Positions 56,476 through 64,000 of a DNA stretch of 64,000 nucleotides are shown here, piece after piece (within the stretch, counting starts at the first letter, position 1; each line of letters starts with the position of its first letter). Source of the DNA: a virus. The translations under genes were made by a program, and so were the position numbers. The notes below the pieces were generated by a model that saw only the letters and a program-made list of their open reading frames with translations, did not search any database and had not been told where the DNA came from. The stretch spans positions 35,810 through 99,809 of IMG/VR virus record IMGVR_UViG_3300034356_000609. One strand, given 5' to 3'.

Positions 56476-58361
56476 ATGATTAATAGTTTAGAGTCTAGGA
56501 CTTGTTTTTCTGTCTTTAACGTAAGGATGTAAACTCCGTCAGGTAATCTTTCTAAATCCACGCTGTACTTATAGTTTCCTATAGGCATGTGCTTGTCTAG
56601 GATATTTTGGACTAACTGACCTACCTCGTTGTATAAAGACAAGTTGACATCGGATTCTTCGGCTATCTTGAATTGTACTTGGATAGCACCTTCTGTGGGG
56701 TTTGGAAATGCCATTAGGTCACTTACTTGGTTAATAGATACCAATCCTTTTCTACGAACTTCTACTATGCCCATAGTAGGTGTAATGTTCATATCCTTAG
56801 CCTTGTTATCACCTACGTACTTTTCTGCTGTCCAAATAGCTGCTGTAGCCCAAGAGTCTTGTGGTTTTTTAGCAATGAACTGAAGAGTAAATACTTGTTC
56901 TCCGTCTTTTAATAGATTGGCATTTGTAAGGTCAGCTCCTCCCCAAGACACAACTCCATTAGAAGGATTTGTGTAGGCAGTCCACTTCATGATTTTTTCT
57001 GTTACTTCAATCTGTTTGAAAGACAAATAGGCAGTGTCGTATTTAAGGTCTAACTGAAGAGCAGTAAGGTCTTTGCCGTTAGTAATAACTTTTACTGGGA
57101 CATTTACTAGATTGCCGTCTTCCACTTTGACTTTAGGCATGTTTATCTCTACCGTCTCTAAAGTAGGATCGTCATAACTTACTGTTTTGTCAATGATGTA
57201 ATTCTTGGCATTTGCTTGGTTAACAATCTTAATAGGAGTCAAACGAGCACGTTTAAAACCTGTTTGGTTAGCATCTCCCCTTACGTTGATGTAGTAAGAG
57301 ATAGAATCTTTTCCGTCAATACTATAAGTAAAGTTGGTTACGCCTGTGTAAGTAGAAGTAAGGTTTGTAGCTGAACCATTGATTGAGTTAAATTCTGATA
57401 CGGTAAAGAATAAGATATCTTTCTTAGAGTTAGGCCAAGAAGTAAATCTCCCCGCCAAACGACCATACACACCGTATACGTCAGCAATAGTAATCAATCC
57501 GTCAGAACCGTTTACGTCAAAAGAGTAATAATCAAATCCTGTAGGTGTGTATTGACCTAGTATAGATTGGTTAATCTTCTGTGCATCTGCAGTTGAATAT
57601 ACGGCACCAGGAGTCATTGTATCTCCTTTGAGAACCATTCTTACATCCCAATAGGTTGTATCTAAGAATTTACGGAAGACAACAACGCCAGTAGAGTTTG
57701 TTGCTTTGGCTTCTACTTGAGTCCAAGAACCTGTAGGAGATTTCTTTTCTAAAGACACCCAAAGATTCTTAGCGTCTGTTCCCGTAGTGTTCATAAACTT
57801 AGCAGCAAAACGTAGAACTTTCTGATTAAAACGTCCACCATAAGAGTAAACTACCAATGTAGTATCGTTACCCCAGTTAGTAGCAGCTCTGTTAGAAAAT
57901 GATTTTACACCTGCTACTTTTAACGTCTTAATAGAATCTAAGTTGTTAAATACAGCTTCGGCAGCGTGAGTAAAGGTTAAATCAAATGTAGCACCGTTAG
58001 AATAGTTAAAAGTAGAACTAGACCCTGTGTAAGCTAGAGTTACAGTTAAGAATCCCTGTACGTTACTATCTACGTACTGAAGATACTGGTCTGAAGTAGA
58101 GATTTTTAGACTAGGCACAACAGCAGTAAAAGCTGTATTATCATAGAATACACGGAACTGCATACCTGTAATCTTCTCACTAGTAGAAGTGTTATAGAAA
58201 TGCAAGGGTGCTACTGTTTGCCCTACTGTAGTAGTAGCTACTTGATAACCTGAGTCAATTACGACCCAATGACCCGTGCCAGGAGAAGTACTAGCACTCT
58301 GTCCAAAGAGGCTAGCTGTAAGTAGGAATAACCCTACTAGAAGCGATTGTATTTTTTTCAT
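56472..58361 (-). CDS. Exported cohesin/dockerin-like protein with T9SS type A C-terminal sorting domain
   Basis: Signal peptide ending LFG-Q; two cohesin-like segments (ITGMQFRVFYDNT; VNVPVKV...LTALQLDLKYDTAYL...LQFIAK); DVNGSDGLITIAD loop; C-terminal FPNPT...LYNEVGQLV...LPDGVYIL...KLLII. Confidence 0.85.
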   Translation of the reverse strand: MKKIQSLLVGLFLLTASLFGQSASTSPGTGHWVVIDSGYQVATTTVGQTVAPLHFYNTSTSEKITGMQFRVFYDNTAFTAVVPSLKISTSDQYLQYVDSNVQGFLTVTLAYTGSSSTFNYSNGATFDLTFTHAAEAVFNNLDSIKTLKVAGVKSFSNRAATNWGNDTTLVVYSYGGRFNQKVLRFAAKFMNTTGTDAKNLWVSLEKKSPTGSWTQVEAKATNSTGVVVFRKFLDTTYWDVRMVLKGDTMTPGAVYSTADAQKINQSILGQYTPTGFDYYSFDVNGSDGLITIADVYGVYGRLAGRFTSWPNSKKDILFFTVSEFNSINGSATNLTSTYTGVTNFTYSIDGKDSISYYINVRGDANQTGFKRARLTPIKIVNQANAKNYIIDKTVSYDDPTLETVEINMPKVKVEDGNLVNVPVKVITNGKDLTALQLDLKYDTAYLSFKQIEVTEKIMKWTAYTNPSNGVVSWGGADLTNANLLKDGEQVFTLQFIAKKPQDSWATAAIWTAEKYVGDNKAKDMNITPTMGIVEVRRKGLVSINQVSDLMAFPNPTEGAIQVQFKIAEESDVNLSLYNEVGQLVQNILDKHMPIGNYKYSVDLERLPDGVYILTLKTEKQVLDSKLLII

Positions 58362-58813
58362 GGTTTGTATAATTGTACTTTATCATAAGCATTTGCCGTT
58401 AACCATGGCTCTGGGGTTGGTAGTTTTTGTATGAAGGATAACTCGTACACATAGCATTTATACTCTTCTTCCTTCTCAGTTAAGAATCTATTTTCTATCA
58501 TAAATAGTAAATGGAGACTCTCGTGAACTATTACAGCCGCTAAGTTATTGATTGAGTTTAACTTAATGTCTGCATCTGCTATGAGTATGGTATATTGACC
58601 TTCTAATATACCATTGGAAGAAAAAGAACTTTTCCAAAAGTCAACACGATGGCATACCTTCTTTAGAACTGCATACTTACTAGAGTCAACAGTTCGTAAT
58701 AATTGTATGGCCGAGTCGACTTTTAAATCCCAACCGTCCCCTGCTTTGGCTATAACTTGAGCCTTACAAGGAACGGTTAAGAGTATTAAAAGACTGATAA
58801 ACAGTCTAAACAT
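58358..58813 (-). CDS. Exported zincin-like metallopeptidase
   Basis: Signal peptide ending CKA-Q; IVHESLH (HExxH) with downstream EEE. Confidence 0.7.
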   Translation of the reverse strand: MFRLFISLLILLTVPCKAQVIAKAGDGWDLKVDSAIQLLRTVDSSKYAVLKKVCHRVDFWKSSFSSNGILEGQYTILIADADIKLNSINNLAAVIVHESLHLLFMIENRFLTEKEEEYKCYVYELSFIQKLPTPEPWLTANAYDKVQLYKP

Positions 58814-59448
58814 TATTTCTTGGCAGCTTTCTTAGCCTCACCTTTTGCTTTGTCTGCTGCAATAAAATCACCAGACTCAATCAAAGTATAAGTAAAAGAA
58901 TTACCATGAATCCCACGAGCTTGTTTGCAAAGTTCCAAAAACTGATTAAAGTCCTTTTCTCTCTTAAATACCTGACAACCCTCACTCCAATTCTCAACAT
59001 AGGTAGAATCTGCACCAGCCTTGTGGATGTTGATACCGAAAATACCTTCTTGGATTTTAGACTCGTCATAAGTCATATCCTTGTTGGCATCTCTGTATAC
59101 TTTTACGTTAGCTTTTTGCTTAAGAGCTTCGTATTTGCCTTGGTGTAATGCAATATGATGTGAACCTCTGTATTGACCTGGAACCAAACGAGCAACACCT
59201 GCTGCGTTGTGAAACTCTTTTACACCTTTAGTACCTGGATCAGTGGTCGCTTGCCATTGGTGAAACTGCCAAACTCCCTTGAGTTTGTAAGCAACAGTCA
59301 TAGTGTCGTCAAATAGATTAGTAACATCGTTACCAGTAGAAGAGTTACGTACTCCGATGATATTAATATCGTAGTCCTTTGTTCCGTCAAAGTAAACATA
59401 GCCCTTGGCTTTTACTGCGGCTTCAATTTGTTCTCTAGTATAATTCAT
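58813..59448 (-). CDS. Putative endolysin, L,D-transpeptidase (YkuD)-like
   Basis: GINIH...WSEGCQV His/Cys motif; directly follows a holin-like gene. Confidence 0.7.
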   Translation of the reverse strand: MNYTREQIEAAVKAKGYVYFDGTKDYDINIIGVRNSSTGNDVTNLFDDTMTVAYKLKGVWQFHQWQATTDPGTKGVKEFHNAAGVARLVPGQYRGSHHIALHQGKYEALKQKANVKVYRDANKDMTYDESKIQEGIFGINIHKAGADSTYVENWSEGCQVFKREKDFNQFLELCKQARGIHGNSFTYTLIESGDFIAADKAKGEAKKAAKK

Positions 59449-59453
59449 GATTA

Positions 59454-59717
59454 TTAAGATTCAGTGGTTTCAGAAGAGTTAGATGCTTCAGGCTTCTTCA
59501 TGATCTTTTCAACCGAAGTCAAACCCAAACAACCGAACGCAAGTAATGCAACAGCATCTACTAATGGAACAGAAGGTGCAAAGTGAGCTTCAGTAAATGA
59601 ATTAGCGTACAAAGTAGCGCACAGAGTCAATGTGCAAAATAAGCCGCACAAACGTTTCATGGAGACATTACCCTTCTCGTCTTTGAAAAGGCCTCCAATA
59701 AAGTTTAGAAATTTCAT
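59454..59717 (-). CDS. Putative holin
   Basis: 87 aa, two hydrophobic segments, charged C-terminus, upstream of the endolysin. Confidence 0.55.
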   Translation of the reverse strand: MKFLNFIGGLFKDEKGNVSMKRLCGLFCTLTLCATLYANSFTEAHFAPSVPLVDAVALLAFGCLGLTSVEKIMKKPEASNSSETTES

Positions 59718-59740
59718 AAGTATAGTTTTTTGTTCAAGAA

Positions 59741-59770
59741 CAAAAATAAACTATTGAAAAAATAAGTCAA
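59741..59770 (-). promoter_or_regulatory. Bacteroidota sigma70-type promoter for the lysis/surface cassette
   Basis: Minus strand TTG-N19-TATTTTTG. Confidence 0.8.
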
Positions 59771-59778
59771 GTGCTTTA

Positions 59779-61476
59779 TTAATCTAATCTAAGGAAAGCT
59801 TCTAACTGTTCTCCTGTTGTTTGAGGAGTGGCTACATTCTTTAATCTCATTCCTATACTATCTGCTGTAGTTATGTTTGCTACTAAGTAATCCCAAACAG
59901 AAGCAGCGGTTAATACTGCGTTTCCAAAAGTATTATCTACAGGAATTCCAAAGGTTACTTGGTTTGCAGTAGGCATATTTAAAGTACCTGTTAAAGTAGC
60001 AAAAGCATAAAGTACACCTAATCTTACGTCTGTTGGATTAGGACTATCACTAGAAGCTGAGGGAGAAATGAATCTTTTAGTTGGGGCTACAACATTTGGG
60101 AAATTTAAACCTCCTGTTGAATTGTCTCTAAATTCTATGTATGTAGTTGTACTAGGAATTAAATGATAACGTGTAACCCAAAGAGGACTATATCCATAGG
60201 GGGAGTGAATAAACGGTCCAGAAAATAAATTAATTGTACTTCCACTAGGGGCATAAATAGTACATATATTCCCAGTTGAACTTATAGGACCAATAATTCT
60301 AAGCACAGCAGAAGTATAAACCAAAAGTCCTAATTGACTTCCTCCAAAACCAATTACAGGACCTGTAATATTAACAGTACAAAAAACAGTAAGCTCAAAT
60401 GGAAAGCTTACTTTTCCTAAAGTTAAAGTACCTGTCATATTAAAAGTACAGTTGCCTGTAATAGTACAAGCTTTCATGTCTGCCTCATTAACTTGAGTGA
60501 CATCTCCTGTTATGTTTATAGTAGGAGTAGAAGAAATATAAAGCATATTTCCACCTGTAGCACTTGAAGTCCAAGGTCTAATTGAACCTACAATATTTAT
60601 AGTTCCTGTGTTTAGAATATTGTAGATTGTTGTGTTTCCTCCTTGAGTTGTAGCTAAAGCAATATTAATATTTAAAGTACCTGCTCCATTAATTTGAAAA
60701 GTATTTCCTCCTGTAGAAGCGCGTAAAATAGGAGAAGTTATAGTGCTTGTTGTTCCTGCCCCACCTGTCCAGTTTAATATATTTACGTTAGAAGCTTCTA
60801 TAGAAACTGTGCAATTAACATTTACATTAGGAGCCAAGATAAAATTACCTCCAGTAACAGCGTTCTGAGCATCCTGAGAAGTTTCAAATAATCTTAATTC
60901 GGATATTGCAACATAATTAGTACTTAAACTTGCAGTAATATAAATTCTATAGCGAGTATAAGCTGTTGTATTAGTAAAAGTTCTAACATAAGGAAGTAAT
61001 TGAGAAGGAGATCCTACGTTAGTATCTAGCACAATCCAATTTGTCCCATCCCAAGCTTGAAATTGCCAGTTTGTAGGACGATCCCCATTATAAGTAGAAT
61101 TTTGAAGTGAATACCCTATAATAACTTTAGGACTAGAAAACTCATACTGTAACCACTCAGGTAACGGTCTCCCATTTTGACCAATCCAATGGGTCGTAAT
61201 ATTATTATCAAAAGCTCTCCAAGGCTGATAAGTATTATCGTCATATCTAGTTAGTGAACTTGCTATACCAGAAGGAGTAGTATATCCAGTCATCGTAGGA
61301 ACAGCACTTAACCCGAAGAATTCTTTATTAGACAAAGTAGCAACTGTTGCATTTTCATCTAAAGTCACCGTATATCCATTAGCAACTACAGTGTCTCCCG
61401 CAACAGGTTTTGTTCCTGTGTGCCATATAGCATTATTTGAAAAATTTCCACTTGCTATTGCTACTTTGATTGCCAT
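59779..61476 (-). CDS. Putative receptor-binding protein with discoidin (F5/8 type C)-like domain, paralog A
   Basis: WRAFDNN...WLQYEF...RPTNWQFQAWDGTNW...YRIYIT...ISELRLF; beta-helix-like INIxG repeats. Confidence 0.7.
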   Translation of the reverse strand: MAIKVAIASGNFSNNAIWHTGTKPVAGDTVVANGYTVTLDENATVATLSNKEFFGLSAVPTMTGYTTPSGIASSLTRYDDNTYQPWRAFDNNITTHWIGQNGRPLPEWLQYEFSSPKVIIGYSLQNSTYNGDRPTNWQFQAWDGTNWIVLDTNVGSPSQLLPYVRTFTNTTAYTRYRIYITASLSTNYVAISELRLFETSQDAQNAVTGGNFILAPNVNVNCTVSIEASNVNILNWTGGAGTTSTITSPILRASTGGNTFQINGAGTLNINIALATTQGGNTTIYNILNTGTINIVGSIRPWTSSATGGNMLYISSTPTINITGDVTQVNEADMKACTITGNCTFNMTGTLTLGKVSFPFELTVFCTVNITGPVIGFGGSQLGLLVYTSAVLRIIGPISSTGNICTIYAPSGSTINLFSGPFIHSPYGYSPLWVTRYHLIPSTTTYIEFRDNSTGGLNFPNVVAPTKRFISPSASSDSPNPTDVRLGVLYAFATLTGTLNMPTANQVTFGIPVDNTFGNAVLTAASVWDYLVANITTADSIGMRLKNVATPQTTGEQLEAFLRLD

Positions 61477-61482
61477 AATTTG

Positions 61483-63135
61483 TTACGGATTATTATTTAA
61501 TGTGGTTTGAATTTGTACTCCAGTAGTCTCAACCGTAGCAGCGTTTTTAACTCTTCGACCTATACTGTTTGAAGTGTTTATGGAAGTCAAAGGGACAGCC
61601 CAAATAGCGGTAGGGTCAAGGACTGCTGTTCCTACTGTGTTGTCTACAGGTACGTTGTTAGCTACATTAGAAGGGGAAGGCACTATCATAGTTCCTGTTA
61701 ATGCTCCAGAAGAATAAGAAACCCCTTGTCTTACGTTATTAGGACTAGGAGCATCCGCAACTGTATCAGGACTAACTAATCTTGTTGAAGGAGGTTGTAC
61801 AGCTGGAGGTAATGCTCCATTAGTACTACTGTCCCTAAATTCCATATAAGAGTTAAAAGTTGGTATTAGGTGCATCCTTGAAATTAGCAATGGACTAATA
61901 CCATTTACTGAAAATATAAAAGGACCTGATAACAAAGTACTTGCGGCACTATCATAATTATTAGAAATTACTACGTTTCCAGAATTATTTAAAGCTGTTG
62001 CATTAAGAGTCCCAATAACACTTAATAGTCCTGAATTATTTTGAATTAAAGAAGCAGCAGCAAAAAATTTGTGAAATACATTTCCAACAATTTCACATCG
62101 AGAACTAGTATTAATAGAAATAGCAACTTGGGAACTACTTCCAATAAATAGGTTAGAAGTTACACTTCCTGTAATATAACACAAAGCAACGCTATTCAAT
62201 GATAAACAACCCCCACCACCTTCAAAACCTCCTTCTATATCTCCTGTAATATTAATACTACACTGGGCACTAGTACTAATAGCAAATCCCGTAGTTAAAG
62301 AATTTCGAGAGGCTATAATTCTACCTACAATATTAATAGTTGGATTACCTGCTGAAACTACAATCCCATTAGAAGCACTATATTTAATTATGTTTCCTAT
62401 TAAATTATAAGTACCTGCCGTAGTAAATGTGAGTAGTGTTGATCCTGATAAAAATCCAGCTTGAGTACAAGTAATAGTAACCCCAGGATTAACGGTAAAA
62501 GTTCCTCCTAAAACACTTGGTGTATTTCTGTCTCCTACATTTTGTAGGTGCATATCCCCAATAGAAGTATAAGACTGTCCGTTATTGGTTGTTATGTTAA
62601 TTCGGTACTTTTTATAAGCTGTTGTATTGGTAAAAGTACCTGTGTAGGAAAGAGCTGTATTACTTGTAACCGTGTGTAATACTACCCAAGCTGAACCACT
62701 CCACCCCTCAAATGTCCAGTCTCTAGGCATGTTACTTAGATTATTTTGGTAGGTTCTAAGTATAATATACTGATTGATTGCTTTAGGAGTTTTAAACTCG
62801 TAAGCAAGCCAAGCTGCAGGAAACCCGTTTGGGCTAATCCAACCTTCACCTAAACCATAGTTAAAATCAAAAGCTTTCCACGCTACATAAGATTCACCAC
62901 TGTCGAACTCTCCGCTTGTAGTAACTGCACAATCCCCCACAATGTAAGTTCGCATTGGAGGTACTGCGCTAGGGGGGTGAACAATGTTTGTAATACACTC
63001 TACAGTAACACTTTGATCTATGTTAACTGTAAATCCATTAGAAGCCACAATATCAGTAGCAGTAGGAATTGTACCTCCCTCCCAGATTGCTGGATTGCTC
63101 CAGTTACCACTAGCTATTGCAACTTTTAATCCCAT
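61483..63135 (-). CDS. Putative receptor-binding protein with discoidin (F5/8 type C)-like domain, paralog B
   Basis: WKAFDFN...WLAYEF...PRDWTFEGWSGSAW...YRINIT; N- and C-termini closely similar to paralog A. Confidence 0.7.
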   Translation of the reverse strand: MGLKVAIASGNWSNPAIWEGGTIPTATDIVASNGFTVNIDQSVTVECITNIVHPPSAVPPMRTYIVGDCAVTTSGEFDSGESYVAWKAFDFNYGLGEGWISPNGFPAAWLAYEFKTPKAINQYIILRTYQNNLSNMPRDWTFEGWSGSAWVVLHTVTSNTALSYTGTFTNTTAYKKYRINITTNNGQSYTSIGDMHLQNVGDRNTPSVLGGTFTVNPGVTITCTQAGFLSGSTLLTFTTAGTYNLIGNIIKYSASNGIVVSAGNPTINIVGRIIASRNSLTTGFAISTSAQCSINITGDIEGGFEGGGGCLSLNSVALCYITGSVTSNLFIGSSSQVAISINTSSRCEIVGNVFHKFFAAASLIQNNSGLLSVIGTLNATALNNSGNVVISNNYDSAASTLLSGPFIFSVNGISPLLISRMHLIPTFNSYMEFRDSSTNGALPPAVQPPSTRLVSPDTVADAPSPNNVRQGVSYSSGALTGTMIVPSPSNVANNVPVDNTVGTAVLDPTAIWAVPLTSINTSNSIGRRVKNAATVETTGVQIQTTLNNNP

Positions 63136-63141
63136 AACCTG

Positions 63142-63438
63142 TTACAAACCTTTATCAGTAATAAATTCTTGAAGACCTGTCATGATCTTAGTTATTGCAG
63201 AAGCAATTTCAGGATCTGACTCGGCTTCTTTAAAAACATCGAAGTAAGAAACAGCCTTAGCGTGGTCTGGAAGTTGTTCTATATTTCCTCCTAAGTCTCT
63301 ATAAGGAGTCAAACGCATAGCAACTGATGCTCCGATGATTCCTCCTTCTTGAACAAGTGGAGATATGGCTAGGTTAACTAGAAGTAGAGGATACTCTACT
63401 CCATCTACGATTGTTGGATTTGTTGATGTGATTGCCAT
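63142..63438 (-). CDS. Hypothetical protein
   Basis: 98 aa; start overlaps the upstream stop. Confidence 0.65.
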   Translation of the reverse strand: MAITSTNPTIVDGVEYPLLLVNLAISPLVQEGGIIGASVAMRLTPYRDLGGNIEQLPDHAKAVSYFDVFKEAESDPEIASAITKIMTGLQEFITDKGL

Positions 63439-64000
63439 TATGTATATGTATTTGTTAGTCGGTTAGTCCAAGATGCACTTAATGCCTGGGTGATTAGTAC
63501 GTTACCATCTGTTAAAACTTGAATCCTTGTTATTTTCCAAACGTTTGCTCCTTCAGAACTTAACTGAGGTGCTCTTCCTACGTAAGAATACACTCCTTGA
63601 TAATCGTGTCGTACAGTTGCCGTCACAGCAGAGTTGACCCACTTTGTTCCGTTATAAGATAAGCTTTGTCCTATCTGTAAACTAGTAAGTTGAACGTCTG
63701 AAAGATTAGCTATTTGTGAAATCAATCCTGTCAACTGAGAACCATCTACTGCAGGGAGTTTACCTGAACCATCTAACTTTAGCAACTGGTTTACTCCATT
63801 AAATGTATTTCCTTGAAGAGTTACATTAGAAGACAAACGGGAATCAGAAAGAATGCCACTTGCGATGTTTGAGGCTACCGTAGTGTCGACATTTGCTACG
63901 TTGCTTAATCCTACTTGTGCTTTAGTGACGTTGTGAGGATTAGAAGTATTGCCTGTGTGACTGGTTAAGGTATTTTTTGTTGTTGTAATTTGTGTTTGGG
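63438..64000 (-). CDS. Tail fibre protein, C-terminal part (5' end beyond the window)
   Basis: The frame stays open past the tracked TTG at 63836 to the edge: HTGNTSNPHNVTKAQVGLSNV, KLDGSGKLPAVDGSQLTGL and LSDVQLT...LSYNGTKWVN are fibre motifs. Confidence 0.8.
   Translation of the reverse strand, partial: QTQITTTKNTLTSHTGNTSNPHNVTKAQVGLSNVANVDTTVASNIASGILSDSRLSSNVTLQGNTFNGVNQLLKLDGSGKLPAVDGSQLTGLISQIANLSDVQLTSLQIGQSLSYNGTKWVNSAVTATVRHDYQGVYSYVGRAPQLSSEGANVWKITRIQVLTDGNVLITQALSASWTNRLTNTYT

Noticed and set aside
31579-59069. Short minus-strand ORFs nested in other frames (31579-31797, 45964-46158, 49489-49701, 58881-59069)
   Set aside because: Fully inside well-supported genes with no recognisable features.
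10-59148. Numerous short plus-strand ORFs in the track
   Set aside because: All lie antisense to long minus-strand genes, show shadow-frame composition, and have no promoter or motif support.
63834-63836. TTG start for the last ORF
   Set aside because: The frame is open to the window edge and the upstream part encodes fibre motifs, so the gene starts outside the window.
1-64000. Stop-codon reassignment (TAG or TGA), known in some crAss-like phages
   Set aside because: Genes up to 7.6 kb are intact in the standard code, and TGA/TAG serve as stops at tight gene junctions (e.g. 26343, 28385, 55803).
1-64000. tRNA genes, CRISPR arrays, integrase, transposase or DGR reverse transcriptase
   Set aside because: Intergenic gaps are short (about 140 nt at most) and show no cloverleaf or repeat-spacer pattern; no such protein motifs were seen.

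Overview
The window is a single-strand (all real genes on minus), densely coding segment of a large podovirus of the crAss-like group (Crassvirales or close relative) infecting a Bacteroidota host. Read right to left in transcription order it contains: tail fibre/receptor-binding genes; holin and a YkuD-like endolysin; an eight-gene cassette of exported, cell-envelope proteins (zincin, cohesin-dockerin protein with a T9SS sorting domain, CsgG-like lipoprotein, beta-barrel, C-type lectin-dockerin); packaging genes (wHTH, IHF-like, putative TerS, TerL, portal); head genes (scaffold, major capsid, auxiliary capsid); ring, muzzle and Dps-like genes; and internal cargo proteins ending in the giant ejected proteins, including the virion RNA polymerase (DYDID motif). 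Six Bacteroidota-type promoters (TTG-N19/20-TAnnTTTG) and several hairpins delimit the transcription units. Most notable: (1) four consecutive ejected proteins contain only 6 Cys in about 6,500 visible residues, all at termini facing each other across gene junctions, suggesting a disulfide-linked head-to-tail chain; (2) the cohesin/dockerin/lectin/T9SS/CsgG surface cassette in the lysis operon; (3) a structured 3' UTR element complementary (19/21 nt) to the translation start of the first packaging-operon gene; (4) a repeated [MFY]xxGG motif punctuating internal proteins. All family assignments come from motif reading and synteny, with no database searches.
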